Assembly: GCA_963735785.1 (NCBI GenBank)
Contig: CAVTMH010000001.1
Coordinates: 161,444-225,443, forward strand
Direction of reading: 5' to 3'
Length of the DNA stretch: 64,000 bases
DNA from: an uncultured Chloroflexia bacterium
Lineage (GTDB): Bacteria > Chloroflexota > Limnocylindria > Limnocylindrales > CSP1-4
Position numbers and translations under genes: made by a program. Below, one piece after another: positions 51,958 to 61,429 of the stretch. The notes beneath the pieces were generated by a model that was not told where the DNA came from, did not search any database, and saw only the letters and a program-made list of their open reading frames with translations. The first letter of the stretch is position 1. Each line of letters opens with the position of its first letter.

Positions 51958-54030
51958 TCACGGCGCGCGTTCCTCGAGCTGGAGCCATGCATCCTCTGCG
52001 GCTGCGAGCGCCAGGTCGACATCGGCGAGCTCGCTCGCGACGCGCCGCATCTCGACGAAATTCGCCGCGACGGCCGGGTCGCCCATCGCGAGCTCCAGGT
52101 GGTTCTTGCGCAAGCCCAACCGAGTCAGCTCGGCATCGAGCGCCACCTTCTGCCGGCGGTAGGCATCCTTGGACAACCTCTCCAACCGTTTCCTGGGCCG
52201 TGGTGCCGTGCCGACGGGGGCGCGAGCTGAGCGACTGCCAGCGCCCGCAGGCGGTGAAGGAGCGGTGCTCGCGACCCCGGCGGCACGAGCGGCGCCGATC
52301 GGTCGCGCAGAAGCGATGGTCGCGACCGTGCCGGGGCGCATCCTGACCTGTTGCGCCGGGATCCCGTTCGCTACGGTCCAGCCGTTGGCCACGGCCTGAC
52401 GCCACTCGCGATAGCCGCCATCGAAGGCGGTTGCCTGACCGTCGCCCACGACCCACATGCGATCGCAGACGGTCTCGAGGAGGCGCCGGTCGTGGGACAC
52501 GACGACCAGCGTAGCCGCGGACTCACGCATGAAGGCCTCGATGGCCTCGCGCGCCGGGATGTCGAGATGGTTCGTGGGCTCGTCGAGGAGCAACAGGTTC
52601 GACGGCTGGATCCCGAGCAACGCCAGCTCGAGACGCGACCGTTCCCCGCCGGACAGGGCACGGACCTCCTTGAACGCGTCGTCGCCTCGGAACAGGAACC
52701 GCGCGAGGTAGGCGCGCGCCTCGCCCGGCGTCACCGGGATGGTGTCGAGCAGCGCGTCGAGCACCGTCGTGCCGGGGATGGCGGCTCCCCGCAACTGGGC
52801 GAGATACCCGATCTGGACATTGTTCCCGAACGACAGAACACCATCGAGCGGCGGGAGGTCGCCGGCGATCGTCCGCAGGAGCGTCGTCTTGCCGGCGCCG
52901 TTAGGCCCGACGATGCCGATCCGCTCGCCGCGTTGGGCGGCCAGGAACGGCACCCGGGCCACGACCTGCGGCTCGGCTGCCGGCTCGCCGTCCGGTCGCA
53001 CGGCGCCCCGTCCCGGCAGGTAGCCGATGACCATGTCCTCGACGCGGACGGCGATCTCGCCGGACCGGGCCGGGCCGGCGCCCGCCAGCGCCGACTGCGG
53101 TAGCGCCAGCCTCCGCGACGCGCGCGGCGCCTCGCGACGGTCCGCCTGCAGTCGTTCCAGGCGTGCCTCGTGCTCGTGCATCTTCGAGAACTTGCGGTGG
53201 CTGCGATACCGCTGCACGAGCTCCTGCTCGCGAGCGATCTGCTCGGCCTGGGTCCCGGCGTCCTTGGCGGCCCGCGCGTCGCGCTCCGCGCGCTGCCGAT
53301 GGTAGGCGGTGTAATCGCCACGGAAGACGGTCAGCCGGCGGTCGCGCAGCTCCCAGACCCGGGTCACGGTCCCATCGAGGAACGCGCGGTCGTGCGAGGC
53401 GACCACGAGCGTCCCGGCACGGCGACGGAGGTGCTCCTCCAGCCATTCGAGCGCGTCGAGGTCCAGGTGATTCGTCGGTTCGTCGAGGAGCAGCAGGTCG
53501 GGGTCGGCGATGACCAGGCGAGCCAGCGCGGCGCGGGTCTGTTCGCCACCCGACAGGCCCGTCGGTGGCCGGACCCACTCGTCCCTGCTGAAGCCGAGGC
53601 CGCTGAGTGTCGAGTCGACGCGCTGGTCCAGCGTGTAGCCGCCGAGGACTTCGAACTGGTGCTGCAGATCGGCATAGGCACCCTCGGCGACCCGCCCGCC
53701 ACGCTCGAACGCCGCAAGCTCGTCGGCCATGGCGTCGAGATGTGCGGCGCCGGTCCGGACGGCGGTGCGCAGGTCCGGCGCGGCCATGAACGCGGCGTCG
53801 AAGTGGGCCTCCTGTGCCAGGAGCCCGATCGACAGGGCGCGTTTTCGCACCACGGAGCCGCGGTCCGGCTCGTCACGACTCGCGGCGAGGCGGAGCAGCG
53901 TCGTCTTGCCGGCGCCGTTGGGCCCGACCAGCCCGATGCGGTCCCCGAGCGCGATGGCCGCGTGGATCTCGTCGAGGATCACGAATGCACCGATCTCGCG
54001 GGTGACGCCCGCGAACCGCAGGATCGACAT
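51958..54030 (-). CDS. ABC-F family ATPase (Uup/YheS-like, no membrane domain)
   Basis: ATG at 54030 gives MSILRFAGVTREIG... It has two Walker A motifs (GPNGAGKTTLL twice), two LSGGE signatures, an inter-domain linker and a C-terminal coiled coil. Confidence 0.85.
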   Translation of the reverse strand: MSILRFAGVTREIGAFVILDEIHAAIALGDRIGLVGPNGAGKTTLLRLAASRDEPDRGSVVRKRALSIGLLAQEAHFDAAFMAAPDLRTAVRTGAAHLDAMADELAAFERGGRVAEGAYADLQHQFEVLGGYTLDQRVDSTLSGLGFSRDEWVRPPTGLSGGEQTRAALARLVIADPDLLLLDEPTNHLDLDALEWLEEHLRRRAGTLVVASHDRAFLDGTVTRVWELRDRRLTVFRGDYTAYHRQRAERDARAAKDAGTQAEQIAREQELVQRYRSHRKFSKMHEHEARLERLQADRREAPRASRRLALPQSALAGAGPARSGEIAVRVEDMVIGYLPGRGAVRPDGEPAAEPQVVARVPFLAAQRGERIGIVGPNGAGKTTLLRTIAGDLPPLDGVLSFGNNVQIGYLAQLRGAAIPGTTVLDALLDTIPVTPGEARAYLARFLFRGDDAFKEVRALSGGERSRLELALLGIQPSNLLLLDEPTNHLDIPAREAIEAFMRESAATLVVVSHDRRLLETVCDRMWVVGDGQATAFDGGYREWRQAVANGWTVANGIPAQQVRMRPGTVATIASARPIGAARAAGVASTAPSPPAGAGSRSARAPVGTAPRPRKRLERLSKDAYRRQKVALDAELTRLGLRKNHLELAMGDPAVAANFVEMRRVASELADVDLALAAAEDAWLQLEERAP

Positions 54031-55097
54031 CAGCCGCGGCCCGCGACCGAGGCGCGCGCCGCCGCGCGCCGGGTGGCCGCCGCCCGCCTCGTGCGGTCGG
54101 TGCGTGCGAGGGTGGCGGCGCGCGAGGCTTCGTCCGTGGTGAGCCCGATGCTCCCCTCCCCCGCGAGCTCGGTCCACCGCCGGCCCCGACGGACCTCGCC
54201 CCCGGTCAATGTCCGAAGGATCGCCCGCGCGCCCTTTCGGTCGGCGGCGGGCAGGCGCTGGCACCACGAACAGAAATGCGTCGAGCGTGCGCCGACGACG
54301 ATCCGCTTGATCGGTCGACCGCAGCGCCGGCAGGCCTCGCCCGTCCGCTGGTAGACATCGAGCCGCTCCTGCATCGATCCGTCGCCGTCAGGGGCCGTGT
54401 AGTCGTCGATCGACGAGCCCCGTCGCGCGATCGCATCGGACAGCACGGCGCGAATCGCCTCGTACAGCCGACGCTCGTCCGGCGGGCGGAGGGACGACGC
54501 GCTCCTGAGCGGGTGGAGACGTGCGCGCCAGAGCGACTCGTCGGCGTAGATGTTGCCGACGCCGGCCAGGAACGACTGGTCGAGCAACAGCGGCTTCAGG
54601 CGGCCCTTCCGCCGGCGCACGCGACGTCGGAACTCACGCAGGGTGAACTCGTCGGCGAGCGGCTCGGGGCCGATGGCCGCGAACACCGCGTTCCCGCCCA
54701 CCTCCGCGACGAGGTCGCCCGTGACGGGATCGCGCCCGTACAACCCGATCTTCCCGAATTTGCGGATGTCGCGGAATCGCAGCTCGCGCCCGTCGGCGAG
54801 CTCCAGGACGAGACGCACGTACGGATCGTCGGGCACGCCCGAGGGCACCACGAACAGCTGCCCGGTCATCTTGAGGTGGATCGTCAGAGCGGCGTCGCCG
54901 GACAATCCCACGACGACCTGTTTGGCCCGCCGCCCGACGGTCTCGACGGTGCGTCCGGCGACCGCTTCGGCGAAGGCCAGCGGCTCGTGCGTGCGCAGCG
55001 TCTTCGCCCAGGAGCTGCGCGAACCAACGATCGTCGCGCCGACCAGACGTGGTCGAAGGTCGCGCGCGACCGTCTCGACCTCGGGAAGCTCGGGCAT
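54030..55097 (-). CDS. mutM: formamidopyrimidine-DNA glycosylase with Arg/Ala-rich C-terminal extension
   Basis: MPELPEVETV N-terminus, an H2TH region and the zinc finger CRRCGRPI...HFCSWCQ at about residue 280, followed by about 70 extra residues. Confidence 0.9.
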   Translation of the reverse strand: MPELPEVETVARDLRPRLVGATIVGSRSSWAKTLRTHEPLAFAEAVAGRTVETVGRRAKQVVVGLSGDAALTIHLKMTGQLFVVPSGVPDDPYVRLVLELADGRELRFRDIRKFGKIGLYGRDPVTGDLVAEVGGNAVFAAIGPEPLADEFTLREFRRRVRRRKGRLKPLLLDQSFLAGVGNIYADESLWRARLHPLRSASSLRPPDERRLYEAIRAVLSDAIARRGSSIDDYTAPDGDGSMQERLDVYQRTGEACRRCGRPIKRIVVGARSTHFCSWCQRLPAADRKGARAILRTLTGGEVRRGRRWTELAGEGSIGLTTDEASRAATLARTDRTRRAAATRRAAARASVAGRG

Positions 55098-55106
55098 CCG
55101 CGTGAC

Positions 55107-58064
55107 CTAGCCGGCGAGCGGCGCGATCGGCGCCTCGAGCGGCATCTCGTCGGCCTCGGCGGCGATCGCGTCCTCACGTGTCAGCGGTGTCATGGATTCC
55201 CAGTCGTCGCCCACCTTCACGTCGACGATGAGCGGTACCGACAGCGGCAGCGCGCCCTCCATCGTCTCCCGCACGAGCGCAGCCAGCGGTTCGACGTCCT
55301 CCCGTGGGACCTCGAACAACAGCTCGTCGTGGACCGACAGCAGGAGCCTTGCACGGGACCCTTCGGCGGCGAGTCGCTCCGCGACGCGGATCATCGCGAT
55401 CTTCTGGATGTCCGCGGCCGTGCCCTGGATGGGCATGTTGATCGCCATCCGTTCACCGGCACCGCGCAGCGCAGGGTTCGAGGCACGCAGCTCCGGGATC
55501 TGGCGCTTCCGCCCGAGCAGCGTCTCGACGAATCCCTGTGCCTTGGCCTGATCCTTGATCGCCATCATGTAGTAGCTGATGCCCGAATACGCCGCGAAGT
55601 AGCTGTTGATGAACTCCTGCGCCTCTTTGCGCGGGATGTTGGCCCGCGAGGCAAGCCCGAAGTCGCTCATCCCGTAAGCCAGCCCGAAGTTGACCATCTT
55701 GGCCATCGACCGCTCGCCGTGGGTGATGTCCTCGGGCGCCTTGTGGAGGACGCGCGCGGCCGTCTCGCGGTGGATGTCGGCTTGTCGAGCGAACGCGTCC
55801 TTGAGGTGCTCGTCGCCCGAGACGTGTGCGAGGATCCGGAGCTCGATCTGCGAATAATCGGCGGCGAGCAGCACCAGCTCCGGCTCGCCGGCCACGAACG
55901 CGCGACGGATCTTGCGGCCGAGCTCCGTGCGAATGGGGATGTTCTGGAGGTTCGGGTCGGACGACGACAGTCGGCCGGTGGACGCGACGGCCTGATGAAA
56001 AGTGGTGTGCAGCCGCCCGTCGTCGGCCATCAGCGTGGGGAGCGCCTCGACGTACGTCGAGCGGAGCTTCGTATAGATCCGCCACTCGAGCAGCTTGTCG
56101 ATCATCGGGTGGGCCGGCCGCAGCTCCTCCAGCACGGACGCGTCGGTCGAATAGCCCGTCTTCGTCCGCTTGCCCTTCGGCAGATCGAGTTCGTAGAACA
56201 GGATCTGCTCGAGCTGCTTGGGACTTCCGAGATTGAACTCGTGGCCGACGTCGACGTAGATCTCCTGCTCGAGTCTGGAGGTCTCGGCGGCGAACTCCCG
56301 ATCCAGGACCGCCAATGCCTCGAGATCGAGGGCGACACCGACGGCCTCCATGCGGGCGAGGACCGGGATCAACGGCAGCTCGACCTCTCGGAACAGGCGC
56401 TCGAGCCCCACGTCGGCGAGTCGTTTCTCCAGCGGCTCGCGGACCGCGATGGCCGAGAGCGCCTCGAGCCCCGCACGGGCCGTCGCCGGAAGCTCGGTGG
56501 CGGGCGGCAGGATCTGGTCGAGGTTCTCCGCCACGACGTCGGGGATGGTCTGGCTGCGCAACGCAGCGTTGAGCACGTAGGCGGCGATCTGCGTATCGAA
56601 GGCGATCTCGGGCGAGGGCGACGATGGGTCATCCGCGAAGCGGGCCACGATCAGCGGCTTGACCTCATGGCCAACGAGCGGGGTCCCCACACGCTCCAGC
56701 AGGTGTCGCAGCGCCCCTGCCGCCTCGGCGCCCTCGGCGGCGACCACCCGGCCATCCGTGCCGGCCACGGCCAGGGCGAGCGGCGTGCCGCGGCGGGGGC
56801 GCGGGTCGTCCAGGAGGAGCGAGGCGCCCACCGCGGGCTGGGCTGCCAGCCATGGCTCCAGATCGGCGATCCGATCGGCGCCGCGGACCTCGATGCGGCC
56901 CGGATCGACGATGGCCGCGGCCAGTGCGGTCGGCAGGTCGTCGGCCGGTTCGAACGCCCGGTCCGCGGCCGTTTCCGTGCCGTTGGCGCTCTCGGTCCCG
57001 AGGCCCACCCCCTCGGCCCCTGGGGCGCCGGTCACCGCGTCGAAATCGAGCCGGAGCTGCAGCTCGCCGCTGGGGGGCCGGGCCACATTCCGACCGGGTC
57101 CCCAGCCCTCCGGGCGCCCGGCGACGCGCGCCGCCGGCACGTAGCCGCTGTCCGCGACCGATCTCAGGCTCTCGGACCGTTGCTCGGCGAATTCGCCGGC
57201 CATCGGCGGCAGGCGTTCGATGAGCGTGCGGAACTCGTACTCCCGGAACAGCCGGACCACCGTGTCACGGTCGTAGTCGCCGAGCCGGGCGGACTCCAGG
57301 TCGATCTCGACCGGCAGGTCGCGGACGATGCGCGAGAGCTCCCGACCCATATGGACCTGGTCGTCGTGGTCGCGCAGCTTTTCGCGCAGCTTCTCGGGCG
57401 TCACCTCGTCGAGCCGGGCATAGAGCGTGTCGAGGTCGCCGAATTCGCGGATCAGCTTGGCCGCGGTCTTTTCCCCGACCCCCGGGACACCCGGGATGTT
57501 GTCGGTCGGGTCGCCCTTGAGGGCCTTGTAGTCGACCATCTGGTCGGGTCGCAGGCCGAACCGCTCGTCGATCCTCGCGACGTCGTAGATGACGGTGTTC
57601 TCGACACCGGAGCGGGTCGTCATCAGTCGCACGCGCGGGGTGACCAGCTGCAGCATGTCCAGGTCGACCGTGACGATCGTGGTCTCGAGGCCCTCGTTGC
57701 CGTCAAGCTTCTCGGTGATCGTGCCAATGACGTCGTCGGCCTCGAAGCCGGGCATCTCGTAGACGGGGATCCGGAGCGCCTTGACGACCTCGCGGACCTT
57801 CGGGAACTGGTCGCGCAAGTCGTCGGGCATCCGCTGGCGGGTCGCCTTGTACTCGGCGTACTGCTCGTGCCGGAACGTGGGACCGGGCAGGTCGAAGGAA
57901 ACCGCGAGGTAGTCGGGCTGGAGGTCCTGGAGGCCGCGCAGGACGATGCTCGCAAAGCCGAACACGCCGTTGACGAGCTCGCCACGGGACGTCGTCAGCG
58001 GCGGCAGGGCGTAGTAGCCGCGGTAGACGAGCCCGTAGCCGTCGAGCAGCATCAGGCGTTCCAT
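55107..58064 (-). CDS. polA: DNA polymerase I
   Basis: 985 aa with a 5'-nuclease N-terminus (LLDGYGLVYRGYYA), a middle exonuclease-like domain and polymerase motifs (DYSQIELR, ...KMVNFGLAYGMS, SVHDELLFE). Confidence 0.97.
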   Translation of the reverse strand: MERLMLLDGYGLVYRGYYALPPLTTSRGELVNGVFGFASIVLRGLQDLQPDYLAVSFDLPGPTFRHEQYAEYKATRQRMPDDLRDQFPKVREVVKALRIPVYEMPGFEADDVIGTITEKLDGNEGLETTIVTVDLDMLQLVTPRVRLMTTRSGVENTVIYDVARIDERFGLRPDQMVDYKALKGDPTDNIPGVPGVGEKTAAKLIREFGDLDTLYARLDEVTPEKLREKLRDHDDQVHMGRELSRIVRDLPVEIDLESARLGDYDRDTVVRLFREYEFRTLIERLPPMAGEFAEQRSESLRSVADSGYVPAARVAGRPEGWGPGRNVARPPSGELQLRLDFDAVTGAPGAEGVGLGTESANGTETAADRAFEPADDLPTALAAAIVDPGRIEVRGADRIADLEPWLAAQPAVGASLLLDDPRPRRGTPLALAVAGTDGRVVAAEGAEAAGALRHLLERVGTPLVGHEVKPLIVARFADDPSSPSPEIAFDTQIAAYVLNAALRSQTIPDVVAENLDQILPPATELPATARAGLEALSAIAVREPLEKRLADVGLERLFREVELPLIPVLARMEAVGVALDLEALAVLDREFAAETSRLEQEIYVDVGHEFNLGSPKQLEQILFYELDLPKGKRTKTGYSTDASVLEELRPAHPMIDKLLEWRIYTKLRSTYVEALPTLMADDGRLHTTFHQAVASTGRLSSSDPNLQNIPIRTELGRKIRRAFVAGEPELVLLAADYSQIELRILAHVSGDEHLKDAFARQADIHRETAARVLHKAPEDITHGERSMAKMVNFGLAYGMSDFGLASRANIPRKEAQEFINSYFAAYSGISYYMMAIKDQAKAQGFVETLLGRKRQIPELRASNPALRGAGERMAINMPIQGTAADIQKIAMIRVAERLAAEGSRARLLLSVHDELLFEVPREDVEPLAALVRETMEGALPLSVPLIVDVKVGDDWESMTPLTREDAIAAEADEMPLEAPIAPLAG

Positions 58065-58165
58065 GACGTGGCCTCAGGGTGACGTCGCGGCGGCCGACGG
58101 CGTGTGGGATCCAGACCGGGACCGCGCCTTCAGAGTGTACCCGCGCGGGCTCTCAGCGGCCGCGA

Positions 58166-58975
58166 TCAGAGGCGGCGTGCGCTCCAGCGAAGGGCGAACA
58201 AGCCCAGGCCAGCGAGCAGCAGCGTGGCGGCCACGAGCATGAGCGCCGACACGCCGGTCCCATCGTCCCCGAACGCGGCATCGGACGTCATCTCGTTCGA
58301 ATCCTGGCGCAGACGCTGGGTCGCATCATCGCCATCGTCGCCGCTGAAGACCTCGCCCCCGCCGGTGGTCTCGGACGTCGGGGCGGCGCTCGTGTCGTAG
58401 TAGCCCGTTCCCTCGGCAGCTGGTTCAGCGGAGGGCGCGGCAGGTGCGGCCGAGGCGGCAGGTGCGGCGGAGAGCGCCGCGGGTGCAGCCACCGCGGATG
58501 CGGCAGCGGCCGCCGACGGTGCCGGTGCAGGGATCGCGTTCCCGACAGTCGACAGGGCCTGTGGGGCGGCTCCAGACATTGCGCCCGAGAGGGCTCCCGG
58601 GATCGTCGCGATGAGGAGCCCGGCGATGCCCATGGTCGTGAGTCCCATCGCGAGCGGGTACGTGACCCCGTCCCGCACTGATCCGATGCCCGCCAACCAG
58701 CGGCGGAAACCGCCCGGTCGGAGACGGGCTGCGTCAGCGGCGGTCAGGGTGTAGTCGCGCGGCCGGGTCGGGATCGCAGCGGCCGGGATCGCTGCGGACA
58801 CGTTCACCAGGTCCGCGAAGAGGTCGGCACACGCCCCGCAGGTCTTGAGGGCATCCTGCGCGCGGGCCATCTCGGCTGCGCTCAGGTCAGGGTCGCGCGC
58901 TGCCAGCGCAGCCATCCACATCGCGTCGTGGGCAGCGTGATCCGGATGGGCGGCGGGCGCGTTCGGTTCGGTCAT
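58166..58975 (-). CDS. membrane anti-sigma-factor-like protein (paralogue 2)
   Basis: ATG at 58975 directly after GGAGGA. It has a ...CGACADLFADL... N-domain, the RPRDYTLTAADAARLRPGGFRRW segment shared with the upstream paralogue, a TM helix and an Ala/Pro/Ser-rich exterior. Confidence 0.6.
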   Translation of the reverse strand: MTEPNAPAAHPDHAAHDAMWMAALAARDPDLSAAEMARAQDALKTCGACADLFADLVNVSAAIPAAAIPTRPRDYTLTAADAARLRPGGFRRWLAGIGSVRDGVTYPLAMGLTTMGIAGLLIATIPGALSGAMSGAAPQALSTVGNAIPAPAPSAAAAASAVAAPAALSAAPAASAAPAAPSAEPAAEGTGYYDTSAAPTSETTGGGEVFSGDDGDDATQRLRQDSNEMTSDAAFGDDGTGVSALMLVAATLLLAGLGLFALRWSARRL

Positions 58976-59039
58976 GTCCTCCACCAGACGACCTCGGCCG
59001 TGGTGTGGTTCCCGCGTGGCGGCCATCGCGTGCTTGCCA

Positions 59040-59639
59040 TCATCGCACCGGCCGGCGCCGTGCCGCGACATGCCGGGCCATGAAGAGGCCGCTTCCGACC
59101 ACGAGGAACCCAGCCGAGACCACCAGCATGGCCAGTGTCAGCGGTTCATCCGGCTCGCCCGTGAACGCCATCGTGTCCTCTCCTGCGCCGCTCGCAGGCG
59201 TGTCCGGAGCCTGGCCCGCTGGCTCGACGGACGGGGCGGCCCGGTCGACGCCGAGCGCAACAGCCTCCGGATCGGATGCCGCGCCGATTCCCATCGGTAG
59301 GGCAGGACCTGCGGTCAGCAGCAGCCCGACCAGGCCGAGCGTCGTGAAGCTCACGGCGAGTGGCTTCGTGATGCGGTCCTGAGCGGACCCCAGCGCCGCC
59401 CACCATGAGCGCCAGTTACCCGGCCGCAGTCTGCGGGCATCGTCCGCGCCAAGCGTGAACGCGCGCGGGCGGATGGGGAGCGCTCCGTGCGGCAAGGCCG
59501 CTGTCAGCACGACGAGGTCGCGGTACAGCGCGACGCAGCGACCACACAGTTCGTGCACGGGTGCCAGCCTCGCGCCACGGTCCAGTGCCGCAGCGACCTG
59601 GAGCTCGTCGTGGCGCATGTGCTCCAGGGCCTCAGCCAC
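59040..59639 (-). CDS. anti-sigma factor (zf-HC2-like, paralogue 1)
   Basis: 8-nt overlap with the sigma-factor gene. It has a VHELCGRCVALYRDL H/C/C motif, the RPRAFTLGADDARRLRPGNWRSW segment and TM helices. Confidence 0.7.
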   Translation of the reverse strand: MAEALEHMRHDELQVAAALDRGARLAPVHELCGRCVALYRDLVVLTAALPHGALPIRPRAFTLGADDARRLRPGNWRSWWAALGSAQDRITKPLAVSFTTLGLVGLLLTAGPALPMGIGAASDPEAVALGVDRAAPSVEPAGQAPDTPASGAGEDTMAFTGEPDEPLTLAMLVVSAGFLVVGSGLFMARHVAARRRPVR

Positions 59640-60321
59640 GAAACAGCTCCATCCGCTCAGCCAGGATGTCGCGCAGTGCCAGCCGGCCCCGATGGATCCG
59701 CGACTTCACGGTGCCCAGCGAGACGCCGGTCATCTCGGCGATCTCACCGTAGTCGTACCCCTCGATGTCGTACAGCACGATGGCCGCGCGTTGATCGTCC
59801 GTGATGCGGGCGAGCGCGACGGCGATCGCGCGGCTGCGCTCGGCATGGACGGCGGTCCGCTCCGGATCCGCCTCCTCTCCGGCGGGTGGCTGCCAGCTCT
59901 CATCCTCGAACTCGGGATAGGGTTGGACAGGACGGCGCTTGCGGGCGCGTTGGGTGTCCATCGCGGCGTTGACGCAGATCCGGTTGAGCCACGACTTGAC
60001 ACTGCCGCCACGGAACGACGACAGGTTGCGGTAAGCCGAGAAGAACGCCTCCTGCACGCAATCAGACGCCTGGTCACGGTCCGGCACCATCCGCACGACC
60101 AGTGCGAACAACGAATCCTGGTACAGCGTCACGAGGTCGTTGAATGCATCGAGGTCGCCGGACCGGGCGCGCTCGATGAGGATGAGGTCGCGGCGCTGGA
60201 CGGGGTCGTCGGTGACCGTCGTCGAGCGAAGGTCCTCCACGATCTGGGGGTCCCTCCGGACGGCGATGCTGGCGGACGTAAGGCCGGGCGAGTCTAGCAT
60301 CGGGTCGGGAGACGCGGGCAT
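59632..60321 (-). CDS. ECF-type sigma-70 family RNA polymerase sigma factor
   Basis: Region 2 (FNDLVTLYQDSLFALVVRMV...DCVQEAFFSAYRNL) and region 4 (AIVLYDIEGYDYGEIAEMTGVSLGTVKSRIHRGR). Confidence 0.9.
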   Translation of the reverse strand: MPASPDPMLDSPGLTSASIAVRRDPQIVEDLRSTTVTDDPVQRRDLILIERARSGDLDAFNDLVTLYQDSLFALVVRMVPDRDQASDCVQEAFFSAYRNLSSFRGGSVKSWLNRICVNAAMDTQRARKRRPVQPYPEFEDESWQPPAGEEADPERTAVHAERSRAIAVALARITDDQRAAIVLYDIEGYDYGEIAEMTGVSLGTVKSRIHRGRLALRDILAERMELFRG

Positions 60322-60345
60322 CGGGCGATGGGTTCCGGGGGGTGT

Positions 60346-60373
60346 TTCGAAAAGCCCCAGCGCTGCGGGGCTT
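60346..60373 (-). terminator. intrinsic-terminator-like hairpin with U-tract (minus strand)
   Basis: On the minus strand, AAGCCCCGCAGCGCTGGGGCTT is followed by TTTCGA. It lies between the LAGLIDADG-type gene and the sigma-factor gene. Confidence 0.5.
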
Positions 60374-60551
60374 GGCGCGTCACGCCTCGTCGAGGACGGG
60401 CGAGTGGACTGGGCTACTTGCGGAGTCGCAGCGCGCGGTTAAACCGGGCGACGCCGGCCATCCGAACACGTCGTTCGGGGAACGAGCGCAGTTCCTCCGC
60501 GAACGGGTGACCCACCTGGAGCATTGGTTAGGGTCCCGTCGCGTACCAACC

Positions 60552-61126
60552 CTATGCCTTTGGACCGACCAGTCGGTCAAGGATCGCGACACTCGCCCGA
60601 CGCGACACGGCGACATTACGTGGACCAGCGGCTCGGGACTCGACGCCCACCATCGTGCACGCCCAGCTGAACAGTCCCCGGATGTCGGCTGACAAATTCG
60701 AGAAGAAATAGCGCGGGTAGACGTGCCCTTTCACCCGGTTTAGGACTCGACAGCCGTCGGAGTGGATCAGCCCGGCCACGAACGCATCTGGGTGCACTAC
60801 GACCAGGCTTCGCTGCCACGTTTCCAGGTTGATCGAGCGCTCGTGCTTCCGGCCGCGGCCATGCTGAGGGAACAGGCAGACCCAGTGTTTCCAATAGCTC
60901 GAGATCACGATGCAGCCCGGTCTGGCGGCCGCGCCGACAGCCCGTCCGCCCACCTCGCGATGGCTTGCTGTCCCCTGGCGATGATCCGCGGGTAGCGGGC
61001 GTCGAGGCTGATTCGCAAGTGCCACACGTGCCGTCGGCCGGTCGAGAGGGTGCCGTCCCCTAGATAGAGTCCGAGCAAGTACGCATACGCTGCCCCAAGC
61101 TCACGCTCGTTGACACAGCCGGTCAC
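60552..61126 (-). pseudogene. free-standing LAGLIDADG-type protein gene, apparent frameshift
   Basis: ...ELGAAYAYLLGLYLGDGTLS...LRISLDARYPRIIARGQQAI is in one frame (stop at 60905). ...GCIVISSYWKHWVCLFPQHGRGRKHERSI...AGLIHSDGCRV...YPRYFFSNLSADI...ILDRLVGPKA is in another (stop at 60552), with the shift near 60950-60962. Third positions are A/T-richer. The GTG start at 61126 is tentative. Confidence 0.65.
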
Positions 61127-61186
61127 ATCTCGGGGGACAGCGTCGCACCGAATGCCATCGGCAGAAAAGCCAGGGTCAGCGACGTC

Positions 61187-61273
61187 TGGTACGGCGGGTG
61201 GGACTCGAACCCACAAGCCCTCACGGGCAGCAGAGTTTGAGTCTGCCCTGTATGCCAATTCCAGCACCGCCGC
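61187..61273 (-). tRNA. tRNA-Leu (anticodon CAA)
   Basis: The reverse complement reads GCGGCGGTGCTGGAATTGGCATAC... It has anticodon stem GCAGA/TCTGC with loop CTCAAAC, a long variable arm, T-arm GTGGG-TTCGAGT-CCCAC and an encoded CCA. Confidence 0.9.
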
Positions 61274-61429
61274 AAGTCGAACAATACAGCGGGTCCTTGA
61301 TCCCCACATGATAGCACAGGTGTTCTATATCCAAGGGACATCCAACGTGCCGTGCGGGAGGCCCGAATCGACGCCGCGTAAGCCTTCGGTGCCGAGAACG
61401 CCTCAGGACCTCGTTACCATTGGCGTGTC

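Noticed and set aside
54276-58082. 1268-aa plus-strand ORF, the longest in the track
   Set aside because: It lies exactly antisense to mutM and polA, whose products are unmistakable. Its composition is low-complexity (R/D/G/E/L/V repeats). It is an antisense artefact.
60330-61186. tRNA-Leu(CAA)-targeted genomic island with att direct repeat
   Set aside because: I could not find a duplicated copy of the tRNA 3' end at the distal side of the islet, and no integrase is present. Only the compositional shift and the LAGLIDADG gene support foreign origin.
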